Assembly: GCA_052387555.1 (NCBI GenBank)
Contig: JBQTJB010000006.1
Coordinates: 1 to 62,422 of the forward strand
Direction: 5' to 3'
Length of the DNA stretch: 62,422 bases
Origin: Blastocatellia bacterium
GTDB taxonomy: Bacteria > Acidobacteriota > Blastocatellia > Pyrinomonadales > Pyrinomonadaceae
The notes under the pieces were generated by a model. It had not been told where the DNA came from. It worked only from the letters and a program-made list of their open reading frames with translations, and ran no database searches. The translations under genes were made by a program, and so were the position numbers. This document shows positions 19,434 to 27,910 of this stretch, in pieces; within the stretch, counting starts at the first letter, position 1; every line of letters starts with the position of its first letter.

Positions 19434-19757
19434 ATGCAAAACCGTATCGAAGTCTTCGAACAAATGCTCGCCGCTGACCCCGACAACACGATGGTGATGT
19501 TCGGCCTCGCAAAGGAATACGAAAAGCTGGGCGAGCATGGCGAAGTGATAAAAATTCTTGAAGACTATCTTTCAAAGGCCGATGACGAGGGAAACGCATA
19601 CGGCACGCTCGCCAAGGCTTACGAACTCTCCGGCGACCGCGAAAAAGCTATCGAAACCAATAGAAAAGGTATCGACGTTGCGACGGCGCACGGCCATCCG
19701 TCAATGGCAAATGAATACAAGATGACGCTCGAAGAAATGTCGGAACCCGCTGCGTAA
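19434..19757 (+). CDS. tetratricopeptide-repeat protein
   Basis: TPR-like helices (FGLAKEYEKLGEH..., LAKAYELSGDREKAIE). Confidence 0.65.
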   Translation: MQNRIEVFEQMLAADPDNTMVMFGLAKEYEKLGEHGEVIKILEDYLSKADDEGNAYGTLAKAYELSGDREKAIETNRKGIDVATAHGHPSMANEYKMTLEEMSEPAA

Positions 19758-19823
19758 GCGGAGGGCCAGTTCGTCGAATACAGTTCATCAAACTGGCCGC
19801 CCGCTTACGCAGGCGGTTCTGAC
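19739..19823. repeat. REP-like inverted repeat (family 1, GGTTCTGAC terminus), 33-nt arms
   Basis: Left arm 19739-19771 and right arm 19791-19823 are complementary in 29 of 33 positions by hand. The arms contain the stop codons of both convergent genes. Confidence 0.9.
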
Positions 19824-20476
19824 CGGCAGGCAACAACAGTCGCCTTTTTAATTCTCACGGGTTTTTCTGGTTTTTCTTCAACGACCGTGGCTTTGTTGAT
19901 CGCCTCGACAACTTCAATTCCTTTTGTTACGCGGCCGAATGCGGCAAACAAGCCGTCAAGATTTGGGGCGGATGAAACGAGAATAAAGAAATTCGTTGTC
20001 GCCTGGTTAGGCTCATCCGGCCGTGCCATCGAAAGAACGCCGCGTTCGTGGATTATCTTGTTAGGTTCATCGGGAATCGTCCGTCGTGCACGCGCTCCCA
20101 TTTCACGCGACACTTTTCCGTCCCGGGTCCAAATGTTGCCGCCTTGGATCACGAAGTTCGGAACGACACGGCTGAATGTGGTCGTATCCAGCAAACCGGT
20201 CGCAGCAAGATTCAAAAAGTTTCGCACCGATTCCGGCGCGAGTTCTGGATACATTTCCAGTTCGATCACGCCTGCTTCAGTATCGAGCGTCACGCATTGC
20301 CCAGCCATGGTCTTAACATCTGCTTTATCAAACGGTTCGGCCTTTGCTACCGGCGTTGGCGTCGGCCGCGCGTTTGTCTTCGCCGGCTCTTTCACTGTCG
20401 GCATCGACTGCTGCCCGATCATAATCGATGCAAAGATTAAAGTATATATCGGTACAAAAAAAATCTTCTTGTGCAT
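19805..20476 (-). CDS. peptidylprolyl isomerase, cyclophilin type, secreted
   Basis: FSRVVPNFVIQGG...GVLSMAR...TNFFI. First ATG at 20474-20476. Confidence 0.9.
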   Translation of the reverse strand: MHKKIFFVPIYTLIFASIMIGQQSMPTVKEPAKTNARPTPTPVAKAEPFDKADVKTMAGQCVTLDTEAGVIELEMYPELAPESVRNFLNLAATGLLDTTTFSRVVPNFVIQGGNIWTRDGKVSREMGARARRTIPDEPNKIIHERGVLSMARPDEPNQATTNFFILVSSAPNLDGLFAAFGRVTKGIEVVEAINKATVVEEKPEKPVRIKKATVVACRSEPPA

Positions 20477-20535
20477 GACCCATATTTTCAAGCAAACCGT
20501 TTTCCGTGTAAAGCATTAGTCTCATGTTCAGTGTT

Positions 20536-20589
20536 TTCTGTGTATTCCGTGGTAAAATACCTGAAATTTAAACCACCGAATACACAGAA
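20536..20589. repeat. 18-bp-stem hairpin of the TTCTGTG..TTCCGTGGT family
   Basis: ttctgtgtattccgtggt (20536-20553) pairs with accaccgaatacacagaa (20572-20589), 17 of 18 complementary. The arm is 16 of 18 identical to 5544-5561. Confidence 0.85.
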
Positions 20590-20614
20590 TTCACCGAGCG
20601 AAACCGGAAACATT

Positions 20615-22300
20615 ATGAAACTACTTGCGCAATCACTTTTCCTCATTCTTGCACTTTTCGCGATCACGTTTGCTCAACGCGAACTCGGCGTTCGCCCGAC
20701 CGAAACCGGCGGGCCGCTCACTTTCGAACAGGCGGTTTTTGATGTTCAGTCTTACGAGGTCAATCTGAACGTAACGCCGAGCGCGAAGTCTATTTCGGGC
20801 GTAACGACCATGATTGCCCGAATCGTCGTCCCGACTAACGTTATCGTTCTCGATCTGGATACGCCGTATAGCATCGAACATATCAGCGACGGCACAAGCG
20901 ATCTGAAATACGAACGTAAGGGCGGCAAGATTTGGGTCTGGTTCGCGATGACGAAGCAGGCCGGTGATGAGATAAAGACGGTGATCAGATATGCCGGAAC
21001 GCCGCGCGAGGCGCCGCGACCGCCCTGGATCGGAGGATTTATCTGGACGAAAACGCCGGGCGGTGCCGATTGGATTTCGATTGCGATGCAAAACGACGGC
21101 GCGGATATTTTGTTTCCGTGCAAGGATCATCCGTCCGACAAACCATCGACGGTAACGATGAATATCTCGGTTCCCGATCCGCTTGTGGCGGTCGGCCCCG
21201 GCAAGCTCGAGGGAACCAAAAAGCCTAATAAGGATCACACGACCTATACCTGGCGAATGACGAATCCGATACCGAATTATTCGATCCTGTTCGATGCCGC
21301 ACCGTATCGCGTGATAAAAGACAGCGTGAAAAGCATCACCGGCGAGACGATCCCTATAGAGTTTTACATCCTGCCGGAAAGCTATGACAACGGCGCAAAG
21401 CTGATAGAAGAAACCAAGAAATACAATGCCTTTTTTGAAAAGTATCTTGGGCCGTTTCCGTTCCGCTCGCAAAAGCTCGGCATTGTCGAAACGCCGCATC
21501 TCGGCATGGAACATTCGACGCACATCGCCTACGGAAATAAATTCAAATACAACGAAGACGGATTCGATTGGCTGATGCTTCACGAATTCGGCCACGAATG
21601 GTGGTCGAACCTCGTCACCGCTTCGGATTGGCGTGACTTCTGGATACACGAGGGGTTTCAGTCCTATATGGATTCGCTTTACCTCGAGCACCTCGGCAAA
21701 AAGGAAGCGTATATGGCCTCGATGCGGGAACGCGCCAAACGGACACGCAATATGCAGCCCGTCGCTCCGCGCGAGGCAAAGATCGCTTACCAGGTCTACA
21801 TGGCCGAGCCCGATTATCTGAGATCGGACGGCGACATCTACGGCAAAGGCGCCGTCGTTCTTCACACGCTTCGATACCTGATCGGCGACGACGCATTCTT
21901 CCGCGCCCTTCGCCGCATGTCATACCCAACCAAAGAAATGGAAAAATGGACCGACGGCCGCCAGACAAGATTGGTGAACACCGATGATTTCCTCTCCATC
22001 GCCGAACAGGAATCAAAAATGGACCTCGACTGGTTTTTCGAGATTTATCTGCGCCAGCCCAAGCTGCCGAAACTCGTCACCACAATAACAATAGACAATG
22101 CTTCCGCAACCGGTTCGCATCCGCAGGTTATGACTTTGCAGTGGGAAACTCCGGAGCGGATGCCATTTCCCATGCCTGTTGAGGTCGAGGTTAATGGGAA
22201 GCCCCAGCGGATTGACATGAAAAGCGGTAAGGGCAGTGTTGAGTTCACCGGCAACCTGCCAGCGGTCGACCCGAAGGGCTGGGTGTTAAAGGCGCAGTAG
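20615..22300 (+). CDS. M1 family metallopeptidase, secreted
   Basis: HEFGHEWWSN zinc motif plus WIHEGF. Signal peptide from internal ATG 20615. Confidence 0.85.
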   Translation: MKLLAQSLFLILALFAITFAQRELGVRPTETGGPLTFEQAVFDVQSYEVNLNVTPSAKSISGVTTMIARIVVPTNVIVLDLDTPYSIEHISDGTSDLKYERKGGKIWVWFAMTKQAGDEIKTVIRYAGTPREAPRPPWIGGFIWTKTPGGADWISIAMQNDGADILFPCKDHPSDKPSTVTMNISVPDPLVAVGPGKLEGTKKPNKDHTTYTWRMTNPIPNYSILFDAAPYRVIKDSVKSITGETIPIEFYILPESYDNGAKLIEETKKYNAFFEKYLGPFPFRSQKLGIVETPHLGMEHSTHIAYGNKFKYNEDGFDWLMLHEFGHEWWSNLVTASDWRDFWIHEGFQSYMDSLYLEHLGKKEAYMASMRERAKRTRNMQPVAPREAKIAYQVYMAEPDYLRSDGDIYGKGAVVLHTLRYLIGDDAFFRALRRMSYPTKEMEKWTDGRQTRLVNTDDFLSIAEQESKMDLDWFFEIYLRQPKLPKLVTTITIDNASATGSHPQVMTLQWETPERMPFPMPVEVEVNGKPQRIDMKSGKGSVEFTGNLPAVDPKGWVLKAQ

Positions 22301-22302
22301 TA

Positions 22303-22758
22303 ATGCCTCGTCGAAAGCAGCTTAAGAATATCGTTGCCGGGCTACTTGGAACGTTCACAAGCAGGAACAACGACATTTCCGGCTATTGGGGATTAGGCTT
22401 ACTGCGTCGTTACGCCGAAAATCTCGGGAGAGACTCACTTGAAATCGATCTGCTTTCAAGTGTTTCCGACGAACCGGCGGACGCGCCACTTGATCTGATT
22501 GAGCAGCGTTACAGAAAATGGCTATCTGACGCATTTGCTCAACGGACCGTCCGCACTGATGAAATCAAATCTGCCGTCATCAAGCTTCGCTTCTCAACCT
22601 TCGAGGAGTTTCCGAACGTCGAGCGCCTGACCCGGGGCGAACCTTACGCCTGCTCCGTCCATATTACAAACGCACAAGGCATTGAATATTCGGCCTCATG
22701 CACCGGCGTTTGCGCTCCTCATGATGCGGGGATTGAGTTAAGGAGTACCCGCGCTTGA
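22303..22758 (+). CDS. hypothetical protein
   Basis: 151-aa ORF starting 2 nt after the peptidase stop. No motif recognised. Confidence 0.45.
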   Translation: MPRRKQLKNIVAGLLGTFTSRNNDISGYWGLGLLRRYAENLGRDSLEIDLLSSVSDEPADAPLDLIEQRYRKWLSDAFAQRTVRTDEIKSAVIKLRFSTFEEFPNVERLTRGEPYACSVHITNAQGIEYSASCTGVCAPHDAGIELRSTRA

Positions 22759-22922
22759 AGGTTTAGAGGCCTAATCGATTTCCGCTAATTGCGAATCCTG
22801 CCGTGGCAAGGGGCAGAGGCCGGAGATCTCTCGGTGGGCGAAGCGTCGGATCAACTTGCGCACTTGGTCTGATCTGAAAATTCGTTGCCTTCATCCTGCT
22901 TCCTGTATATCCTGAACTCATC

Positions 22923-23140
22923 ATGAACGCACTACTTGAACAAGGTCTAAACTGCCGGCTGCCGAGCGGCGACGGCTGGCCGACGACATTTATGACAGCA
23001 TTGTTCATGGACCTGACGATTTAAGTTTGACTGACGAGCAGAAAACGGAAATCGACCGTCGGCTGGCAGACTATCGTGAGAATCCGGAGAAAGCATTGGC
23101 ATGGGAAGATGTGCGCGAACGTCTTCGCAAGATCGCATAA
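22923..23140 (+). pseudogene. frameshifted antitoxin (putative addiction-module component, TIGR02574-like) of the ParE/RelE toxin
   Basis: ATG 22923 gives MNALLEQGLN and then a short wrong-frame tail ending at TAA 23022. The frame starting at 22949 reads KLPAAERRRLADDIYDSIVHGPDDLSLTDEQKTEIDRRLADYRENPEKALAWEDVRERLRKIA and stops at 23138-23140, overlapping the toxin ATG. One missing A in ctaaactg would restore a single frame. Confidence 0.6.
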
Positions 23141-23439
23141 TGTTTGCGGTCAAGTTTCATGAAGCCGCCGATCTGGAAGCCGCCGAAGCCATCGCCTACT
23201 ATGAGGATAGCGAAGAAGGACTTGGCAGTGCCCTTCGGGTGGAGATTGAGGTAACTGTCGAAAGAGTAATCCAGCATCCTCTGGTTTATCCGGTAGTTTA
23301 TCGTTCAAACGTCCGCCGAGCACTAACCCACCGATTTCCATACTCGCTTAACTTCACACTCGAAGAGCGATTCATCCTCATCATTGCTGTCTTTCATTCA
23401 AGCAGAGATCTGATTGTGTGGAAGGGCAGGATCGATTAG
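23140..23439 (+). CDS. type II toxin, ParE/RelE family
   Basis: FHEAADLEAAEAIAYYE...RRALTHRFPYSLNF...IIAVFHSSRD. TAATG overlap with the upstream antitoxin frame. Confidence 0.8.
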   Translation: MFAVKFHEAADLEAAEAIAYYEDSEEGLGSALRVEIEVTVERVIQHPLVYPVVYRSNVRRALTHRFPYSLNFTLEERFILIIAVFHSSRDLIVWKGRID

Positions 23440-23544
23440 TTCTTACCTTGCCGTACAACCTTCAAAATTGCCCCTACCCGCCCTTTTTGGTATCTTAAAC
23501 AGTTACCGAGCTATTAGATATTTTTATTGAAAGGATTTATTTTG

Positions 23545-25824
23545 ATGTCGACATCAGCAAAGAAAATTAACACAAAAGGCGATAAAAAAGAGGCAAACGG
23601 CAAGACGGTCGTTGCCGAAAGGACGAGGACAACGGAGGCCGATGGATTTGTGCAGGACGAGAAATTACAAGAGACGGCCAAAGCCTTAACGCCTAACTCC
23701 GTAAAACCAGCTACGGGCAAGTCAAATGACCGCCACGGTTTGGATGAAAAAACGCTCATCGGCATTTATCGCACGATGTACACGTCCCGCCGGGTTGACG
23801 ACAAAGAAATTCAGCTAAAGGGACAGAACAAGATCTTCTTTCAGATCAGCGGCGCGGGCCACGAAGCCGTTCTCACCGCCGCCGCTCTTGCGATGAAGCC
23901 CGGTTACGATTGGTTTTTCCCATATTATCGCGACCGTGCATTGATGATCGGACTTGGAATGACTGCTCAGGAAATGCTCTGGTCGGCGGTTGGTGCGGAA
24001 AAAGACCCTAATTCGCACGGCCGCCAGATGCCTTCTCATTGGGGCAGCGTGAAATTGAATGTTCCGTCGCAGTCTTCATGCACCGGCACGCAGGCATTAC
24101 ACTCGGTCGGCGCGGCGGAGGCCGGTTACCGCGCATCGCTCTTCAAAGAACTACAAGATAAGATCGTCGGCTTCAAGGGCGACGAGGTCGTTTATATGTC
24201 GGTTGGCGACGGCACGACCAGCGAGGGCGAATGGTGGGAAGCCCTGAACACCGCCAGCAATCTGAAACTGCCGGTCATCTTCGTAGTCGAAGACAATGGC
24301 TACGCTATCTCGACGCCGGTTGAGGTCGGCACGGCTGGCGGGGACATTTCAAGGCTCGTCTCCGGGTTCCCCGATCTTTACATGCAAAAGATCGACGGCA
24401 CCGACGCTCTCGAAAGCTACGGAGCGTTCAAAAGCGCGGTCGAGTATTGTAGGGCGCGAAAGGGCCCCGCGTTTATTCATGCAAAGGTCATCCGCCCGTA
24501 TTCGCATTCGCTTTCGGACGACGAAAAGCTCTATCGTCCGGCCGAAGAGCTGCATGCTGATGCAGTCATAGACCCAATAAAAAAGTATGCCGAGTTTTTG
24601 ATGACCGAGGACCTAGCGTCATCGGAACAGCTTGAAACGTTGAGAAAAGAGGTAGATGCTGAGGTTAATTCGGCCGCGGACATCGCCATTGAAACACCGC
24701 AGCCCGCACCCGAAACCGCATACCGTAATGTATTTTCGCCGGATCTCGACCCGACCGACCGACAGCTTTTCGATACAGAAAACGGGGCCGAGCTTTCCGG
24801 CAATGCCGGCACTATGGTCGACTTGATAAATCGCTGCATGCACGAGGAAATGGAGCGCGATCCGCGCATCGTCGTCTTTGGCGAGGACGTGGCTGATTGC
24901 TCTCGCGAGGAATATCTCGATCAGGTTAAAGGAAAAGGCGGCGTTTTCAAGGTGACGGCTAACCTTCAGCGTAAGTTCGGTTCGGCCCGCGTTTTCAATT
25001 CGCCGCTGGCTGAAGCAAACATCGTCGGACGCGCGGTAGGCATGGCGATACGCGGGCTGAAGCCGGTCGTCGAGATCCAGTTTTTCGATTATATTTTCCC
25101 GGCGTTTCACCAGATCCGCAATGAGGTCGCGGTTACCCGTTGGCGCTCGGACGGCGACACCAAATGCCCGATGGTCATTCGCGTACCGGTCGGCGGTTAT
25201 CTGAAAGGCGGAGCGGTTTATCACTCGCAATCCGGCACGACGCTCTTTTCGCACACGCCGGGCTTGATGATCGTCTATCCGTCCACTGCATTGGATGCAA
25301 ACGGGTTATTGCGAACCGCGATCCGCGCGGACGACCCAGTTTTGTTTCTCGAACACAAGCATCTCTACCGTCAGGTCTACAACAAATCGCAATACCCTTC
25401 GAACGATTTTTTGATCCCGTTCGGCAAAGCGAGAATGGTACGCGAGGGCACGGATGTAACTATCGTCACGTTCGGAGCTCTGGTCGAGCGGTCAAATCAG
25501 GCCTGCAAACGTCTCGAACAGCAGGGCATCTCAGTCGAACTGATCGATCTGCGCACGCTCGTCCCATACGACTGGGAAGCCATCGCCGAATCCGTCAAAA
25601 AAACCTCGCGCGTCGTCGTCGCCCACGAAGACCCGATCTCATACGGTTACGGAGCCGAGATCGCCGCCCGCATCTCCGACGAGCTTTTCGAATACCTCGA
25701 CGCTCCCGTCCGCCGCGTCGGCGCCACCGACACCTTCGTCGCGTACGCCCCACAGGTCGAAGATTTCATCCTCCCGCAGTCAGAGGATGTCGAGAAAGCC
25801 GTGCAGGATTTGATGAAATACTAA
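23545..25824 (+). CDS. 2-oxoacid dehydrogenase E1 component, fused alpha/beta subunits (ThDP-dependent)
   Basis: Alpha part [14 protein letters not shown]...[15 protein letters not shown]. Beta part [14 protein letters not shown]...[11 protein letters not shown]. Confidence 0.9.
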   Translation: MSTSAKKINTKGDKKEANGKTVVAERTRTTEADGFVQDEKLQETAKALTPNSVKPATGKSNDRHGLDEKTLIGIYRTMYTSRRVDDKEIQLKGQNKIFFQISGAGHEAVLTAAALAMKPGYDWFFPYYRDRALMIGLGMTAQEMLWSAVGAEKDPNSHGRQMPSHWGSVKLNVPSQSSCTGTQALHSVGAAEAGYRASLFKELQDKIVGFKGDEVVYMSVGDGTTSEGEWWEALNTASNLKLPVIFVVEDNGYAISTPVEVGTAGGDISRLVSGFPDLYMQKIDGTDALESYGAFKSAVEYCRARKGPAFIHAKVIRPYSHSLSDDEKLYRPAEELHADAVIDPIKKYAEFLMTEDLASSEQLETLRKEVDAEVNSAADIAIETPQPAPETAYRNVFSPDLDPTDRQLFDTENGAELSGNAGTMVDLINRCMHEEMERDPRIVVFGEDVADCSREEYLDQVKGKGGVFKVTANLQRKFGSARVFNSPLAEANIVGRAVGMAIRGLKPVVEIQFFDYIFPAFHQIRNEVAVTRWRSDGDTKCPMVIRVPVGGYLKGGAVYHSQSGTTLFSHTPGLMIVYPSTALDANGLLRTAIRADDPVLFLEHKHLYRQVYNKSQYPSNDFLIPFGKARMVREGTDVTIVTFGALVERSNQACKRLEQQGISVELIDLRTLVPYDWEAIAESVKKTSRVVVAHEDPISYGYGAEIAARISDELFEYLDAPVRRVGATDTFVAYAPQVEDFILPQSEDVEKAVQDLMKY

Positions 25825-25878
25825 ACTGAGAGCGTAAACCACGGTTGACATTTTGATAGTGTAAACTTTAGTATACAT

Positions 25879-26175
25879 ATGGTCGAAATTGTTAAAAGCG
25901 ATACTTTCGACCGATGGCTGAGGAAACTGCGAGACCCCCAAGCGAAAGCTCGAATCGAGATGCGAATTCGAAGGCTCAGTTTGGGAAACGCCGGTGATGC
26001 CAAACCCGTTGGGGAAGGGCTTAGCGAGATGAGGATCGATTACGGACCCGGGTATCGAGTGTATTACCTTCAAAAGGGCAACACCTTAGTCGTATTGCTG
26101 TGCGGCGGAGATAAACGCACCCAACAAAACGATATAGATAGCGCTAAGAGAATTGCTGCAGATTGGACGGAGTAA
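25879..26175 (+). CDS. addiction-module killer protein (RelE/HigB-like, TIGR02683-type)
   Basis: TFDRWLRKLRD..AKARI..RIRRLSLGN.GD.KPVGEGLSEMRIDYGPGYRVYY. Confidence 0.85.
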   Translation: MVEIVKSDTFDRWLRKLRDPQAKARIEMRIRRLSLGNAGDAKPVGEGLSEMRIDYGPGYRVYYLQKGNTLVVLLCGGDKRTQQNDIDSAKRIAADWTE

Positions 26176-26177
26176 AA

Positions 26178-26465
26178 ATGGCCGAGAAATTTAGTCAATA
26201 CGATACGGCCGAGTACTTGGAAACTGACGAGGACATACGGCATTATCTGGAAGCCTGTCAAGAGGACGGAGACCCGGCGCTCATTGCTGCGGCGCTAGGT
26301 GACATAGCCCGGGCACGAAACATGACCGAGCTCGCCAGATCTGCAGGAATGACGAGGGCCGGATTGTATAAGGCTCTGTCGCCCGAAGGCAATCCGAGTT
26401 TTGCCACAGTATCAAAGGTAGCCAAGGCATTGGGCCTGAAAGTCAAGATCGAGTTGGCCTCCTAA
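26178..26465 (+). CDS. addiction-module antidote protein (HigA-like HTH, TIGR02684-type)
   Basis: YLE..EDI..YLEA...DGDPALIAAALGDIARARNMTELA...GLYKALS.EGNPSFATV.KV.KALGL. Confidence 0.85.
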   Translation: MAEKFSQYDTAEYLETDEDIRHYLEACQEDGDPALIAAALGDIARARNMTELARSAGMTRAGLYKALSPEGNPSFATVSKVAKALGLKVKIELAS

Positions 26466-26480
26466 GTAAGATAAGGCTTT

Positions 26481-26591
26481 CGTGTCGGCGCCACTGACAC
26501 CTTCGTCGGCTACGCCCCGCAGCTCGAAGATTTCATCCTGCCGCAGTCGGAGGATGTCGAAGCCGGTGTGCGGGATTTGATGAGGTACTAA
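26481..26591 (+). pseudogene. orphan diverged duplicate of the last 37 codons (with stop) of the E1 gene
   Basis: Reads [36 protein letters not shown], against the gene end [36 protein letters not shown] at 25714-25824. 95 of 111 nt are identical by hand alignment. Confidence 0.9.
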
Positions 26592-26628
26592 ATCTGCGTA
26601 GGTTTTTCGGTGTTCTTCTCTTTGAAGC

Positions 26629-27180
26629 ATGCGAAAGCTAATTGACTCGATCGCCGTATTAGGATTTGTCTTGATCGTTGTTGTCTCCGTTTCGGCGCAG
26701 GCCGCGGAAGATAAGCGCGTCGAGCCGTTCGTCTCTGAGGAATGCGGTTTCAGCGTGTTGTTCCCGGCAAAGCCCAAGCTGGATACTGACGTGCTCGACA
26801 CCGCGAGTGCCCGCAAATATCTTACGTATTCTTATTACGTATCGGACCAGACCGAGACTCAATATGAGGTTGTGTGTATGGAATTGACTCCGGATCGTTT
26901 GAAGGGTGGGGCAGCCGTCAACCTCGGGTCATATTACAACGAAGCAATTCTGCCTTACGCGGAGAAGGTGCTCAGAAAGACCGCCCTAAGGCCCCCCAAC
27001 GGTGTAGGTCTGGAGTTTTATGTAGAATACGGGACATCGTATTTTAGGCGCGGCAAAGTGATGATCATCGGTACTCGCCTGTATCGAGTCGAGGTTAATG
27101 GCACCAGAGAACAAACGGCGAGCGCCAAAGCCAAGCATTTTATTGATTCCTTCAAGCTATCGAGCCAGGGCCGTAATTAG
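26629..27180 (+). CDS. hypothetical secreted protein
   Basis: Signal peptide MRKLIDSIAVLGFVLIVVVSVSAQA. No domain recognised. Confidence 0.5.
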   Translation: MRKLIDSIAVLGFVLIVVVSVSAQAAEDKRVEPFVSEECGFSVLFPAKPKLDTDVLDTASARKYLTYSYYVSDQTETQYEVVCMELTPDRLKGGAAVNLGSYYNEAILPYAEKVLRKTALRPPNGVGLEFYVEYGTSYFRRGKVMIIGTRLYRVEVNGTREQTASAKAKHFIDSFKLSSQGRN

Positions 27181-27215
27181 ACAACTCAGAGCGATTGGCA
27201 AAGGCTCACTGGTAA

Positions 27216-27905
27216 ATGACCAAACACATAGGCATTGTCGCTGGTAGTGCTGAGGGAGCGGCGCTTTGTTACCGCACGATCTGTCTTGAGGCGCAAGAGT
27301 TTCTTGGCGAGCACAACCATCCGGAAGTGACGATGAACTCGATCCCGATGGCGCGGCACATGCCGCCGATCATCGCGGACGATTGGAAAACGGTCGCCGA
27401 CCTGATGCTCGAATCGGTCGAAAAGGTCGCACGGGCGGGAGCCGATTTCGCCATCTGTCCTGATAACACCTACCACCAGGCTTTCGAATTTCTCATCCCG
27501 CGTTCGCCGATCCCGTGGCTGCATATTGCACGCGTTGTCGGTGAAAAGGCGAACGAAAGCGGATTCAAAAAACTCGGTATCCTGGGAACAAAATACCTCG
27601 CGGAAGGGCCCGTTTATCCGTCTCAGTTGAACGAAGTCGGCATCGAACGGGAGATACCCAACGAAGAAGATCGGATCCGTATCAACGAGATCATTTTCAA
27701 AGAACTCGTCAACGGCGTCTTTCTTGAATCTTCGCGGCTTTATTTTAACGAAGTAACCGAGAAGCTAAAAGCACGCGGCTGCGATGCCGTTGTGCTCGGC
27801 TGTACCGAGATTCCATTGATCGTACGCCCGAACGACTGTCCGCTTCCGACGCTTGATTCAACACGTTTGCTTGCGCGAGCAGCGATCAAGAACGCGCTAG
27901 AATAG
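27216..27905 (+). CDS. aspartate/glutamate racemase family protein
   Basis: Asp_Glu_race-like pattern: GIVAGSAEGAA, then DFAICPDNTYH and VVLGCTEIPL carrying the candidate catalytic Cys residues. Confidence 0.8.
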   Translation: MTKHIGIVAGSAEGAALCYRTICLEAQEFLGEHNHPEVTMNSIPMARHMPPIIADDWKTVADLMLESVEKVARAGADFAICPDNTYHQAFEFLIPRSPIPWLHIARVVGEKANESGFKKLGILGTKYLAEGPVYPSQLNEVGIEREIPNEEDRIRINEIIFKELVNGVFLESSRLYFNEVTEKLKARGCDAVVLGCTEIPLIVRPNDCPLPTLDSTRLLARAAIKNALE

Positions 27906-27910
27906 CGGCA

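Noticed and set aside
20633-21865. 410-aa minus-strand ORF. Similar long antisense ORFs include 19887-20519(+), 25140-25829(+), 30723-31385(+), 37583-38362(+), 45999-46847(+), 55598-56080(+) and 60385-61053(+).
   Set aside because: Each lies antisense to, or out of frame within, a gene with clear family motifs (M1 peptidase, PPIase, E1, SDR, MFP, guaA and others). Each has an Arg/Gly/Ser-rich, motif-free composition typical of shadow ORFs in GC-rich DNA.
22303-22758. The 151-aa ORF as a third component of the adjacent parE-type module.
   Set aside because: There is no recognisable motif. It is translationally coupled to the upstream peptidase gene rather than to the TA pair, and is separated from the TA pair by 164 nt.
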